From Gammaproteobacteria bacterium (GTDB lineage: Bacteria > Pseudomonadota > Gammaproteobacteria > Eutrophobiales > Eutrophobiaceae), in contig CBDBPJ010000006.1 of assembly GCA_965208655.1 (NCBI GenBank), positions 117,167-181,166 on the forward strand: 64,000 nucleotides of DNA. Reading direction: 5' to 3'. Each line of letters begins with the position of its first letter. Position 1 is the stretch's first letter. The notes under the pieces were generated by a model. The model saw only the letters and a list, made by a program, of their open reading frames with translations, searched no databases and was not told the DNA's origin. Both the position numbers and the translations under genes were made by a program. Shown here piece by piece: positions 51,051 through 61,389 of the stretch.

Positions 51051-52256
51051 TCATGACAGCTTCCCGGTCTGCCTCAGGCCTTCAGCGTAGCGGCCGGCAA
51101 TCCACTGGTGAAAATGATACGTGGGATTGTCAAGCACCGGGGAAAATACACCCCCGTTGAACGCGGGAGATTTACGGCCGGCCTGCATGCCTTCAACCGC
51201 AGCAACATCCTCACCGAATACGACACGCCAGCTCTCCAGGACTGCAGCGCGGGCAGCTTCATATTTATCACCGGCAGCAGCATGCCCCACATAAGAGATT
51301 TCCAGTTTTTCCAGGGTGCTGTCACAGGCCAGGGGTTGCAAAATAACGGCAAAAACGTGGTCGGCCTGGATGCCGAGCAGTACATTGGGAAACAGTGATA
51401 TGTATTCAGCCTGGCGTATCCTGTGCTGCGGCCAGCCCTCGAATTCCGGCAGCCTGACACCGGAAACCTCTGACAGGTTATAGGTATGGCTGCCCTGACC
51501 CGACATGTTTTCATTCACTATCACGTTATAATGTTGCTCCAGCGGTGAATAAGTATTCAGCGAAGGATGAATCCATGGCAGGTGATAGGCCTCGCAATAG
51601 TTTTCCACTGCCAGCTTCCAGTTAGCCCTGACATCCAGTTCCGCCTTGCTGCCGGTGGACGCGGGTTCGAATTTTTCAATACCCCCTTTCCCGATAAAAG
51701 CCGCCCAGCGTTCAACCAGGGGTGCTATGAAGTCATGGAAAGCTTCTGCCTCACCGGATAAATTGACAAATATAATACCCATCCACACAGCCGAACGAAT
51801 GGGTTTCAATCCGAGTTTTTCACGGGCAACCCCATCAACCGAGTGATTGCCGACGCCGCCGATATGTGGCGTTCGTACCAGGTTACCGTCGAGGTCATAG
51901 GTCCAGCAATGATAAGAACAGCAAATCGTACCGGCGACTGCAGTTTCCTCTTTCACCAATGGCATGCCGCGGTGACTGCAGACATTGTGAAACACCTTGC
52001 AATCACCGTTTCGGCCCCGCGTGATTGCAAGCGGGAGGCCCATAAAGTCAACCGGTTTAACGTAACCATCCCTTGGTAGTTCGCTGGCAAATGCCACGGC
52101 TGCCCAGGTCTTCCCGAGAACATGATCCCGATCGAACAGGAACAGGTCATGACTGTTGTAGGCCTGGTTCGGCATACCCGTGGCCTCGGCAATTGGCCGT
52201 CGAACAGCATCAAGCGCATACAAAGAGATTATATTTTGCTTATCCGATGCCGGCAT
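51051..52256 (-). CDS. Rieske oxygenase alpha subunit (choline monooxygenase-like)
   Basis: CSHRG...CSYHCW; ANWKLAVENYCEAYH; ED..A.EGMQ.G. Confidence 0.88.
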   Translation of the reverse strand: MPASDKQNIISLYALDAVRRPIAEATGMPNQAYNSHDLFLFDRDHVLGKTWAAVAFASELPRDGYVKPVDFMGLPLAITRGRNGDCKVFHNVCSHRGMPLVKEETAVAGTICCSYHCWTYDLDGNLVRTPHIGGVGNHSVDGVAREKLGLKPIRSAVWMGIIFVNLSGEAEAFHDFIAPLVERWAAFIGKGGIEKFEPASTGSKAELDVRANWKLAVENYCEAYHLPWIHPSLNTYSPLEQHYNVIVNENMSGQGSHTYNLSEVSGVRLPEFEGWPQHRIRQAEYISLFPNVLLGIQADHVFAVILQPLACDSTLEKLEISYVGHAAAGDKYEAARAAVLESWRVVFGEDVAAVEGMQAGRKSPAFNGGVFSPVLDNPTYHFHQWIAGRYAEGLRQTGKLS

Positions 52257-52456
52257 TCCTGGGCAGCCATAGTTAAGGAAGAACAATCAGTGATATTGTA
52301 GAGAAATTTCACCGAAATCAGAAGCTCCTTAAGCGACTTTAAACCCGGTCATTAATTTAACTTATACTGCCGGCAACAGCATATTACCCGGCATGGGACT
52401 ATGGAGTAACGATTGTAAGCGGGGGTCCGTCTCAGAACACGACTGTTGCCGTTATA

Positions 52457-55021
52457 TCAATTCCACTGAAATGTTACCTGCCCTCCCACCCAGCGCGGGC
52501 GGGCATAGAAACGTTGCACATGGCCCAAACCAAACGCAGCAAAGCTGGCGTTGTTTGAAATCGAGGTGATATATTCCTTATCGCCGATATTCTTGACGAA
52601 CAAGGCCGCACCCCAACGCTCATCACCGCCGGTCCAGGATAGTCTGGCATTACCAACTATGTAACCGCTAATTGTGTTAGCAGGGTCGTTATAAATGATA
52701 AATGAATTTTCACTTTGATAGTTGAAGTCACCCTGGATTGCCATAGTCCCGTTCCCCAGCGGCCATTGATAACGCGCCATGCCGGTAAATTGAACGTCGG
52801 GGGCGTTTGGCAAACTGCGATCAGCAACAAAACCTGCGGGGTTGCCGACATTTTTAGCCTCGGTATCCATGATGTTGATGCCAAAATTCAAGTCCAGGCC
52901 TTCAAACGGGGAAATCAGCAGGTTTGAATCCACGCCGTATACTTCGGCATCCGTATTGAACACCAGTTGCTGCAAGGCCAGAAAAGCAAATGCCTGATAA
53001 TCCTGGTAGTCGTAATAGTAAAACGAGGTGTTCCACTGGGCGCGGCCGTCCATCAGGGTGGATTTGAAGCCTGCCTCGTAAGCGATGGGGGTTTCCTTGC
53101 TGTATGGAGCCGTGTTCGGATTCGGCAGGCCAAACACTGCATTAAAACCACCGGCTTTTACCCCGCGCGAGACGCCGGCATAGAACAGCAGGTCATCGCT
53201 ATATTGCCAGTTCAGTTGAATTTTACCGGCAACATCGTCTTCCTCAACCAGCGCGTTCGGTGAATTATCGGGATTAAGCGTCCCATAGATACGAGGAATT
53301 GGCAGACCGGCGAGAAACCCGGCAATACTGCCTCTGGCATCCATCTCCTTGTCTTCGTTGAGATAACGCAAACCGGCAATCAGGGTCAAATCCTCAGTGA
53401 AATCCCATTCAACCTGCCCGAATACACTCCAGCTATCGGTTTCAACAACCTGATCCGTCAAAAAGGCACTTGGCGCAAACAAGCCCACATCAAGCACTAT
53501 ATCGGAATCATAATCCAGGTAATACAGACCCGCGACCCAGCGTAACGCGTCTGTTTCTCTGGCAACACGCAGCTCCTGGCTGAATTGCCGGGCGTTGGTG
53601 TCGGTGGCAAATGTAACAACTACAGGGGGGACGCCGTCCGATTCCTGATTAAAGAATTTATTTTGTTCGCTTAAGCCGGTGACAGAGGTAACGGTAACAC
53701 CCCCTTGCAGCTCCAAATCAAACCGCAATAACCCTTTAATGCCATCACGTTTCAGACCTTCGGGCGAGGCGCCGCGAGCTGCAACAAGGCCGACAGCTCC
53801 GTCGTTGTTCACCTGGAACGGGTCGCCATCCAGGATCTCACTGCCTGGCGGCGGCGTCACCAGCACCGCTGCCCCGAACTCATTGATGGCTGCAGGCGCT
53901 GTCTCGTAGTACCATTGGGTGATGTCCGTTTCATAGTATTCGAGTTTGAACAATATCTCCAGGTGATCGGTCGGCGTAAACAGCGCTTGCCCGCGCACTG
54001 CCCAGGTATCGGCTTCGTTACCGTCATTCCCAGTGCCGATATTATCCACGTAGGTATCGTGGTTGTTGACGAAACCCGAAACCCTGACCTGCAGGCTGTC
54101 CGTAAGAGGTCCGCCTGCGGCGCCTTCAAAACGTATGTGGTCATATTCGGCGTAAGAGACATTACCGTAGGCTTCGAACTCGTCCGTGGGTTTCCTGGAA
54201 ATGTAATGGACCAGTCCGCCTGTTGCGTTGCGTCCGAACAAGGTGCCTTGCGGCCCGCGCAGGATTTCGATGCGTTCCTGGTCGAACAAGGTGGTATTGG
54301 TTGCGCCCATGTACGCGTCGTAGACTTCATCCTGGTAGACCGCGACAGGGGATTCCTGATGGTCGTTGAAATCGCCCTGACCGATTCCGCGCAGCGACAG
54401 GGAAGTGATATTGCCTTCGCCACCCGGGTTCCCCAGCGACAAGCCCGGCGTGAGGTACACCAGCTCATTGCTGTTGTTCAGGTTCAACGCCTGGAGTTGC
54501 TCTCTTCCGAATGCGGTGATGGATATGCCCACGTCCTGGAGGTTCTGCTCACGCTTCTGCGCGGTGACCACTATTTCTTCCAGAATGTTCGGACCTTCTG
54601 TTGCTTCATTCGCTGCAGCAGGCGCACCGGCAAGCAATGATGCGAACATAGCCAGGATTCCGGCTGACTTGACTGCTTTATCGTTCATGTTCTGGCTTAC
54701 TCCCCGAGGTTGACCGACTGATATCTTTAACTGGTTATCGTCGCCCACATCTGCTTCCAGCCCCGTTCCCTGGAGAAGAATCCGGATAGCCTCCTCGACC
54801 CCGTACTCGCCCATAAGCTTGTTGGTGGTCTTTGTCCTGACCAGGTCGAATGGAACAATCAACGTCAACCGGGCCTGCTTTGCAAATGCCGTCAGCGACA
54901 GATCCGCCCGTTGCGAAGGGATGTTGAAACTTGTTTTCTGCTCGGCCCTGGCGGTTTCAGCAGACACTGTTAAAAACAGAAACAGCAGCAAGCCGCAGGC
55001 CGGACCGGAAAGAAATGTCAT
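52457..55021 (-). CDS. TonB-dependent receptor with N-terminal signalling (STN) domain
   Basis: FNIPSQ..D.SL..FA.QA; EEIVVTAQKRE; EILRGPQGTLFG. Confidence 0.92.
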   Translation of the reverse strand: MTFLSGPACGLLLFLFLTVSAETARAEQKTSFNIPSQRADLSLTAFAKQARLTLIVPFDLVRTKTTNKLMGEYGVEEAIRILLQGTGLEADVGDDNQLKISVGQPRGVSQNMNDKAVKSAGILAMFASLLAGAPAAANEATEGPNILEEIVVTAQKREQNLQDVGISITAFGREQLQALNLNNSNELVYLTPGLSLGNPGGEGNITSLSLRGIGQGDFNDHQESPVAVYQDEVYDAYMGATNTTLFDQERIEILRGPQGTLFGRNATGGLVHYISRKPTDEFEAYGNVSYAEYDHIRFEGAAGGPLTDSLQVRVSGFVNNHDTYVDNIGTGNDGNEADTWAVRGQALFTPTDHLEILFKLEYYETDITQWYYETAPAAINEFGAAVLVTPPPGSEILDGDPFQVNNDGAVGLVAARGASPEGLKRDGIKGLLRFDLELQGGVTVTSVTGLSEQNKFFNQESDGVPPVVVTFATDTNARQFSQELRVARETDALRWVAGLYYLDYDSDIVLDVGLFAPSAFLTDQVVETDSWSVFGQVEWDFTEDLTLIAGLRYLNEDKEMDARGSIAGFLAGLPIPRIYGTLNPDNSPNALVEEDDVAGKIQLNWQYSDDLLFYAGVSRGVKAGGFNAVFGLPNPNTAPYSKETPIAYEAGFKSTLMDGRAQWNTSFYYYDYQDYQAFAFLALQQLVFNTDAEVYGVDSNLLISPFEGLDLNFGINIMDTEAKNVGNPAGFVADRSLPNAPDVQFTGMARYQWPLGNGTMAIQGDFNYQSENSFIIYNDPANTISGYIVGNARLSWTGGDERWGAALFVKNIGDKEYITSISNNASFAAFGLGHVQRFYARPRWVGGQVTFQWN

Positions 55022-55138
55022 TTTGTCATCCCCGCAAACCGGGAAACTCCCTGTACGTTCAAGAGACGAACCAGGGGGAGTTTTCCTCCATAGGTACGGG
55101 GACATTTTTGAGTTAGCTGATCAGGAACCCGTAGTGGA

Positions 55139-56206
55139 CTATCTTGCGCCCAGCAGGACGCGCTCGGTACCCACTCGCCGGGATGGAATCTGGAAGTTTT
55201 CCCGTAACGTCAGCAGCAGTCCATTGATATCACCAGCCTTGAACAGGCCTGCAACCCGCACGGCCTTGAGTCTTTCATCCAGTATTTCAAATTCAACGGA
55301 GGTATACCTGCTTATTTCATCTATGGCTTCTTCCAGTGTTTCTCCCTGAAAGATGAGGTTTCCTTCGCGCCAGGACAAGTCAGCAGCAACCTCTTCGGGC
55401 GCTATTTTTCTTATTTTTGCGTTCCCGGAGTCCAGGATGGCTGCCTCACCTTCCGAAACCACGGGCGCGTCCTGTGCCATCCTGATCATGTTCACCGGAA
55501 TACCTGTTATATCTGAAGCCGTTTGCTCTACGATGGCTACTCTGCCTTCGGTAACAATGATCTCTACAATATTGTGTTTGCTTATCTCCACATTGAACGC
55601 AGTTCCCACAGCCTGAATGAACCGGTTGCCGGCGTGCACGGTCAAGGGCCGGGTATTATCTTCTGCAACGCTGAAATGCGCTTCGCCGCGGGAGAGCAAA
55701 ATATAACGTTCACTACCGGTATAATTGAACTGGATGTGAGTGTTGGTGTTCAGGACGACCTCCGTACCGTCAGGCAGGTTCACGGATGAGTGTTCGCCTA
55801 TTGAGGTCTCGTAGACGCCGTCGAAAGCTCCTTGCAAGGATTGTGAACGTTCAACCGCAACCTGCGGTGATACAAACCCGGCACGCTCGGCACGTTCAGG
55901 GAACCACCAGAATACCAGGACTCCGATTACCAGCACCGTCGCTGCCGTGGCAAGGGAATAGCGCCAGGCAGTATGGCGCTGCCGGGAAACGTCCGGGAAC
56001 AAATCCGATAACCTTGACAGGGAATCCATCTTGTCCCAGAGCTCGGCCATATTAAACAAAATTTCCCGGTGCTCCTTCCTTTCAACCAGCCACTCCTGCA
56101 GCGTTGCACGCTCATCGGCCGACAAGCCGCGGTCCAGTTTCGCCAGCCATTCGCCTGATTCAGTATGAACCCTGTCCTGGCTGGGAAGTTCGTGAATCTT
56201 GTTCAC
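55139..56206 (-). CDS. fecR: FecR-family anti-sigma factor
   Basis: W.AKL...W; LPDGT.V.LNTNT; GEAHF.V; AVGTAFNV. Confidence 0.88.
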   Translation of the reverse strand: MNKIHELPSQDRVHTESGEWLAKLDRGLSADERATLQEWLVERKEHREILFNMAELWDKMDSLSRLSDLFPDVSRQRHTAWRYSLATAATVLVIGVLVFWWFPERAERAGFVSPQVAVERSQSLQGAFDGVYETSIGEHSSVNLPDGTEVVLNTNTHIQFNYTGSERYILLSRGEAHFSVAEDNTRPLTVHAGNRFIQAVGTAFNVEISKHNIVEIIVTEGRVAIVEQTASDITGIPVNMIRMAQDAPVVSEGEAAILDSGNAKIRKIAPEEVAADLSWREGNLIFQGETLEEAIDEISRYTSVEFEILDERLKAVRVAGLFKAGDINGLLLTLRENFQIPSRRVGTERVLLGAR

Positions 56207-56775
56207 GACCCACCTCCTCGAGTTATTTTCTGAGTATTCTTTTTAGCGGGAACGGGTTGTCCGGAAACGTGAGTCATATAATAACTGCAGCGTTTTATCC
56301 CGTTTGCTATATGTTTCTCCACGGTACTTTCACTGATATTCATATATTCCGCTATTTCCTTTTGAGAAAAACCGTACACTTTCTTGAGAACAAAAGCCCG
56401 CCGGCACTGGGCCGGCAGACAGCGTACGGCTTCACAGAACAACGCGAATTCTTCTTTTGCTACCGCGTTACGATACGTTTCGTTATACCCTTCCCCGGCG
56501 TTGACCAATTCTTCCAGTTCATTTTCATCAATGGAATGATGTAGCCTGTTGCCCGCACTTTTCACATAATCCAGAGCAAGGTTTTTTGCCGTTTTAAGCA
56601 GGAAGGAGCGGGGATATTTAATATTTTCCTTCTGTTCTACCTGGCAGACCCTGACATAGGTTTCCTGGACAATATCCTCGATATCCCTGGGCGGCACAAT
56701 ATGGGAGATTGCACGGGCCAGGGCATTCCTGAAAGATATGTATATCGCACCCAATTCTATCTGTTTAGTCATCAA
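56203..56775 (-). CDS. ECF sigma factor (FecI-like)
   Basis: EDIVQE; LPAQCRRAF.L.K..G.SQKEIA...S.STVEKH. Confidence 0.9.
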   Translation of the reverse strand: MMTKQIELGAIYISFRNALARAISHIVPPRDIEDIVQETYVRVCQVEQKENIKYPRSFLLKTAKNLALDYVKSAGNRLHHSIDENELEELVNAGEGYNETYRNAVAKEEFALFCEAVRCLPAQCRRAFVLKKVYGFSQKEIAEYMNISESTVEKHIANGIKRCSYYMTHVSGQPVPAKKNTQKITRGGGS

Positions 56776-56918
56776 CCCCTGCTATGGATAGAACATTAAC
56801 TGAATGATAGACGAATGGGACAGGAGTTTCCTCCATAACGGAGGCGCCGTTTGTCGTTTCGGCACAAGCGGGAACTCGGTAGACGAACAGTCTCCGCAGG
56901 CAAGATAATTAACTGCGC

Positions 56919-57281
56919 TTAGATATCCTCGTACAAATCAAATCCAAGCACAATCCTGAGATATTCCTCGACCTCCGCAAGTTCCGGTTTGGTCAATACC
57001 GTCAGCACCTCGGCGGAAACTCGCCTGTTATCAATACTTCTTACCTGGTCCAGCATGGCTTCGGAAGCCGATTGCAGTTGATCCCTGGCGCTGATCCTAT
57101 ATCGCAATGGCGCCGCGTCATCGACCAGCCTGCTGGTGAGCGGAATAACTGTTGTACTCGGGTGGTTGGCATCATTCAGTAGATCACTTTGAATGATCAG
57201 GCATGGCCGTATCTTGCCGGGTTCCGTACCTTTTGCAGGATTGAAGTTTGCAAGACGTATCTCCCCGCGTCTACAGGCCAT
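56919..57281 (-). CDS. mazF: PemK/MazF toxin
   Basis: RRGEI.LANFNP..G.E.GK.RP.LIIQ; DQ.RSID. Confidence 0.88.
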   Translation of the reverse strand: MACRRGEIRLANFNPAKGTEPGKIRPCLIIQSDLLNDANHPSTTVIPLTSRLVDDAAPLRYRISARDQLQSASEAMLDQVRSIDNRRVSAEVLTVLTKPELAEVEEYLRIVLGFDLYEDI

Positions 57282-57504
57282 CGGCGTCGGCCGCTTCGAA
57301 TTCGGATGCGTACTCCAGAGCTTCCTCTCGAACTCTCAGTGACGCTTGCCGGACCTGACGCCCGAGGGCAACTCGCTCCACGTGTTTTTTGTAATTCAAC
57401 ACCGCGCTGCGCATGACCCCGCTCTTTGTAGTGTTCAGGTTTCTTGCCAGGCCTGTGAGCAAGGCGTCAAACGTATCATCGGCTTTCAGTGTAATGGTCT
57501 TCAT
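57271..57504 (-). CDS. RHH-type antitoxin
   Basis: MKTITLK...TKS.V.R.A; ends ADGL overlapping the toxin start. Confidence 0.75.
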   Translation of the reverse strand: MKTITLKADDTFDALLTGLARNLNTTKSGVMRSAVLNYKKHVERVALGRQVRQASLRVREEALEYASEFEAADADGL

Positions 57505-57624
57505 TGCTGTAAATAGTAATACTGTTTTAAGCAATTATAAGGATAAACCGGGCAGAATTCAAATGGGTTGCCGGATCCTGCCCCGGCATGACGAACGGGG
57601 GCCCCGGGAATGACGGACCCGAGG

Positions 57625-58179
57625 TTAAACAAAGGTATTCGGCTTGCGCGCAAACAGCCGTTCGACCATGGGGATGAAGTATTCCAGCGGTTTTGACGGA
57701 TAGGCGGGATCGAATGAGCACTGATCCCACCTGGCGCAGAAATCGACACAGTCCTGGTACCAGGGATGGTTCTTGTAGCGGTCACGGGCATTCCTGTCCT
57801 GCCCGTAATGCTCCATCCAGTAATAGCCCTGGAACAGCCCGTGGTGTTTCACTACCCAGTAGTTCTTTTCGCTGACATAGGGCCGCAACACGGCCGCGGC
57901 GAGTTGCGAGTGGTTATATGGGCCGAGCACGTCGCCGAGGTCGTGCAACAGGGCGCACACCACGGTTTCCTCATCAGCGCCGTCCCGCTCCGCGCGGGTG
58001 GCGGTCTGCAGGCAGTGTTCAAGACGGCTGACCTGATACGGGGAATCCCCGTCCATGGCTCGCAGCCAGCCAATCACCCGCTGCGCCTGGCCAGCCGCAT
58101 TTTCTGCGTCGTGGGCGAACACCAGGTCGTAGTCTTCACGGGTACCGTGATCCATAGCAGTGAAATTTACTTTACTCAT
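57625..58179 (-). CDS. HD-domain protein (TmpB/PhnZ-like oxygenase or hydrolase)
   Basis: EHCLQTATRA, ALLHDLG, NH, KHH. Confidence 0.8.
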   Translation of the reverse strand: MSKVNFTAMDHGTREDYDLVFAHDAENAAGQAQRVIGWLRAMDGDSPYQVSRLEHCLQTATRAERDGADEETVVCALLHDLGDVLGPYNHSQLAAAVLRPYVSEKNYWVVKHHGLFQGYYWMEHYGQDRNARDRYKNHPWYQDCVDFCARWDQCSFDPAYPSKPLEYFIPMVERLFARKPNTFV

Positions 58180-58217
58180 CGTTACTGTCTCATACAGCTA
58201 TCCAAACCCCCGGTATA

Positions 58218-58249
58218 TTTGGGGTCAGAGTTTTTACTCTGACCCCAAA
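58218..58249. repeat. Hairpin TTTGGGGTCAGAGT-TTTT-ACTCTGACCCCAAA (same REP family as 23661)
   Basis: Seen directly; overlaps the stop of the upstream gene. Confidence 0.8.
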
Positions 58250-59220
58250 AATTGATCGTAGACATCAGGCGCGAGGGCGGCGCGCAGTATGCGCTGTATG
58301 ATTACCGGATTCACGCCGATATCGTTGGCGGAGATTAACAGGGCCCGCCGGTCGGGGTGTAACTCACTTTTTACCCGGTCTATCAGGCGCCGGTAATGGG
58401 GTAATCCCTGTTTGCCCATGCCGTAGCGGTGCCAGGTCTCGCGCCAGTCGCTGGCGAAGTCGATCAACGTGCATTTGTAGCGCTCGACGAGGTCAGGATC
58501 ATTCTGGGGGTGATCCTCAAATTCACGCACCAGCCCATCCACCAGTGCATCGATTTCCCCCGGCGCCATGACCGGCGTGATATTGTAATTCTCGGTCCGG
58601 ATGTCAACCTGCCTGCCCGGCTCGAACGGTACGAATTCGACCTGTTTGCCATCCGTGCCGTACCCCGCCGGACCGATCTGCACTGAGCGCCTGGCCATCT
58701 GCCAGAAGCGCGAGGAACCGGCCAGGTCTATGACCAGGTGAATACGCTCGTGTTCACCAGCATTGACTACGTTGTGCCGGCGCCAGTTATCGAATATCCA
58801 GCATTCACCCGCCTGCATGTGGACTTTCTCATCGCCGCAATAAAACATGACTGCGGGGTTGGTCGTGATCGGTATATGTATGCGTGTCCGGGTATACCAG
58901 TGGTAATTGAAGTCGACGTGGTACTGCACCTCGCTGCCCGGACCCAGTTTCATCAGGCGGGAACGCGCCAGTACTTCGCCGAAACTCGCCATCACCTGCC
59001 GGTGGTAGGGGCACCGGGCAAGGTTGGGGGTAGCCGCCATCCGTCCGCCGAATTCGTCGTTTTCCCCGCCCGCCCGGGAGATTAGCGCTACGGCCGAATT
59101 CCCCTTCAGTCCCAACGGGTGCGGCCTCCAGGCAGCCGGTTCCAGTTGCGCGGCTTCCTGCGCCAGCGCGCTTGCGTCAAAGGACAGCGGAAGGCGGATG
59201 AAGGGTCTGGCAAGTTTCAT
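58234..59220 (-). CDS. Aspartyl/asparaginyl beta-hydroxylase-domain protein
   Basis: RSRLM.L, HVD, RIHIPI.TN, W.FDNWR.H, RIHLVID. Confidence 0.85.
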   Translation of the reverse strand: MKLARPFIRLPLSFDASALAQEAAQLEPAAWRPHPLGLKGNSAVALISRAGGENDEFGGRMAATPNLARCPYHRQVMASFGEVLARSRLMKLGPGSEVQYHVDFNYHWYTRTRIHIPITTNPAVMFYCGDEKVHMQAGECWIFDNWRRHNVVNAGEHERIHLVIDLAGSSRFWQMARRSVQIGPAGYGTDGKQVEFVPFEPGRQVDIRTENYNITPVMAPGEIDALVDGLVREFEDHPQNDPDLVERYKCTLIDFASDWRETWHRYGMGKQGLPHYRRLIDRVKSELHPDRRALLISANDIGVNPVIIQRILRAALAPDVYDQFLGSE

Positions 59221-59248
59221 GGGGTATCCGGTTTGTGTTCGTGATTTC

Positions 59249-59893
59249 TCAAGGCGTCGGTAACACTGTTTCCGCATCATATCCGAAAAGCTCGAAATCC
59301 TTCCGGTAATATCCTGCAACCGCTTGCTTAAGGGTTGCGTCATAATAGCATTCGTAACTCCTGTGTTTGGACGCATTCTTCCTTGTCAATGTCGACGGGG
59401 CAATACCGATGTGGCGGCAGATCTCATCAAACGATTCCTGCAGGGTTTCATATCGCCCAACGTAATCCATCATGATCGTACCGTTACCATCCGTGAGCAG
59501 GTGGTGTTGGGGCCTCACCAGGACGCGCTGCCGGAAGCGCGTATTGCCGAGGGCCTGGCGCATTAAGCCGGCTTCGTTTCCGGCAAAGCCGGCATTGCGC
59601 CGGTTCAGGAAAAAACAGGTGGAAACATACCGGTCAAAAGGATTCCTGACAAAGCCGAACTTGAAATACGACGACCAGGTCTCAGCCTGCAGGTTCGACT
59701 TTACCTGTTGAAAAGAGATATGGCCGTGCCTGACGGCGGCGATACCCGGAACCGGTATGCTCTGTTCGCCGGACAGCACCTGTTGCTCCCAATCGCCTTC
59801 ATCCAGGTATGCCCTGAGGGCCTGGCGCACGGCATGGGTTGCCGTCCTCGGCACTGCGAAGAAGATGAAGCGGTGTTTATGGGAGATGATCAC
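59249..59893 (-). CDS. Sulfotransferase family 2 protein
   Basis: MIISH..RFIF.AVPRTA; FVRNP.DR.VS; VGRYE; DF.LFGY. Confidence 0.85.
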   Translation of the reverse strand: MIISHKHRFIFFAVPRTATHAVRQALRAYLDEGDWEQQVLSGEQSIPVPGIAAVRHGHISFQQVKSNLQAETWSSYFKFGFVRNPFDRYVSTCFFLNRRNAGFAGNEAGLMRQALGNTRFRQRVLVRPQHHLLTDGNGTIMMDYVGRYETLQESFDEICRHIGIAPSTLTRKNASKHRSYECYYDATLKQAVAGYYRKDFELFGYDAETVLPTP

Positions 59894-60206
59894 CGGGCAG
59901 AAAATATATTTCGCCGTCTACCACCCTGGCCGGACAGGTTTTCAGGTCTATGCATACCGGTGCGCCCATGGCCTTACCGGAGGGGATGTGGAACCGCCCC
60001 TGGTGCAACGGGCATTCGATGATATCGTCGATGACAAACCCTTCCGCCAAGTGCTGCTGCTCATGGGTGCAGAGGCCCTCAGTGGCAAACACCTTACCAG
60101 CCAGGGTTCTGTATATGGCATAGGTTTTATCTCCATGATCAAACCGCATCACGTCCTCTTCGTCAATATTGTGGACAGAACCCACCAGTACCCATTTGTC
60201 AGTCAT
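59877..60206 (-). CDS. Rieske ferredoxin (MocE-like)
   Basis: CTHE..HL..G; ECPLHQGRF. Confidence 0.88.
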   Translation of the reverse strand: MTDKWVLVGSVHNIDEEDVMRFDHGDKTYAIYRTLAGKVFATEGLCTHEQQHLAEGFVIDDIIECPLHQGRFHIPSGKAMGAPVCIDLKTCPARVVDGEIYFLPGDHLP

Positions 60207-61152
60207 TTTGATAGACATACCAGGGATCTGTTTTCTGCCTGGCTTTGGTTGCAAACACTTCTGCCATGGCGCCGCTAACCCCGTTGCTCGGCACGGGCAT
60301 CTGGTCCCTGACGCGCTCATGCAGCTCTTTCAGGGCGTGGAACGGCACCATGGGGAACATGTGATGTTCAATATGATAGTTCATATTGCAATAGAAAAAC
60401 CGCAGCAGCGGGTTCAGGTACATGGTCCGGGTGGTCAGGCGGTGATCCCTGACACCGGTCGCCAGGGCGCCATGCTGGGTGATGCGCAGAATTCCGTGTA
60501 CCGGCGCGCCGACCGCCCGGGGCAGCAACAGCAGGCAGACCGGCAACCATGTGTGCATCCAGACGGAGAAGCCGATAATGGCGATATAGCTCGACAGAAA
60601 AAGCCGGGCATTACGGAAAACAGCCGGTAGTTCGGAGGCAGGTACGGAGTCCCTGATGAAATAATTCGCATGCCCGAAGGTCAGTTGCACCAGTTCTTTA
60701 TTATAGTGCCATATCTGGTTCCAGCCGCCGGCCAGGCTCAGGATATCCACCCAGCGGACAGGGTTGGGCAGCAGGTATTCCGCATCATTCCCTACGTCGG
60801 AGGTATAGGAATGATGCCTGGCGTGGACCCATTTCAGCGAGATCGGTTCCCAACTCAGCATCCAGCTGCAAATATAAAGCAGTGTCTGGTTTAACGTATG
60901 GCTCCTGAACGGTGTACCGTGGCAGGCTTCATGTCCTGCCGCATTGGCAAAAGACCACACAGCGCTGTACAACAGCATCACTGCGACTGCCCACCAGGTA
61001 CCCCAGGTGTAAACCAGCATCGCAGCCAGGCTAATCAGGATAGAAAAGTAGGTGCCGAACTGCAGGATGCCGGGGCCGTCAGCTCGCCTGGACAAGGCTT
61101 TCAGCGTCTTCCGGTCAATATCACATTTGAACCAGTCTTGTTTATCCTGCAT
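60199..61152 (-). CDS. Fatty-acid-desaturase-family oxygenase (MocD-like)
   Basis: His boxes HEACH, HARHH, QH, HIEHH. Confidence 0.85.
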   Translation of the reverse strand: MQDKQDWFKCDIDRKTLKALSRRADGPGILQFGTYFSILISLAAMLVYTWGTWWAVAVMLLYSAVWSFANAAGHEACHGTPFRSHTLNQTLLYICSWMLSWEPISLKWVHARHHSYTSDVGNDAEYLLPNPVRWVDILSLAGGWNQIWHYNKELVQLTFGHANYFIRDSVPASELPAVFRNARLFLSSYIAIIGFSVWMHTWLPVCLLLLPRAVGAPVHGILRITQHGALATGVRDHRLTTRTMYLNPLLRFFYCNMNYHIEHHMFPMVPFHALKELHERVRDQMPVPSNGVSGAMAEVFATKARQKTDPWYVYQND

Positions 61153-61389
61153 CTCACCCTCCTGTCAAGGATGATAATCGGAGAAATGTCCGGTGGCTGT
61201 GCCCATAACCCACAGCCTGCGCGGATTTTAAAACATTATTCGCCCATGTCCGATCAGTCTGGATTCTAATGTGTCGCCTGCGCGTAAAGTCGCGTCGTTT
61301 GTTCTGCAAATTTGCCTGAACAGTTGCTGTTGATTCTTCTATATTACATTTCTGAAAAGCAACTGGAATAATGTGACAATGGTGCAAAG

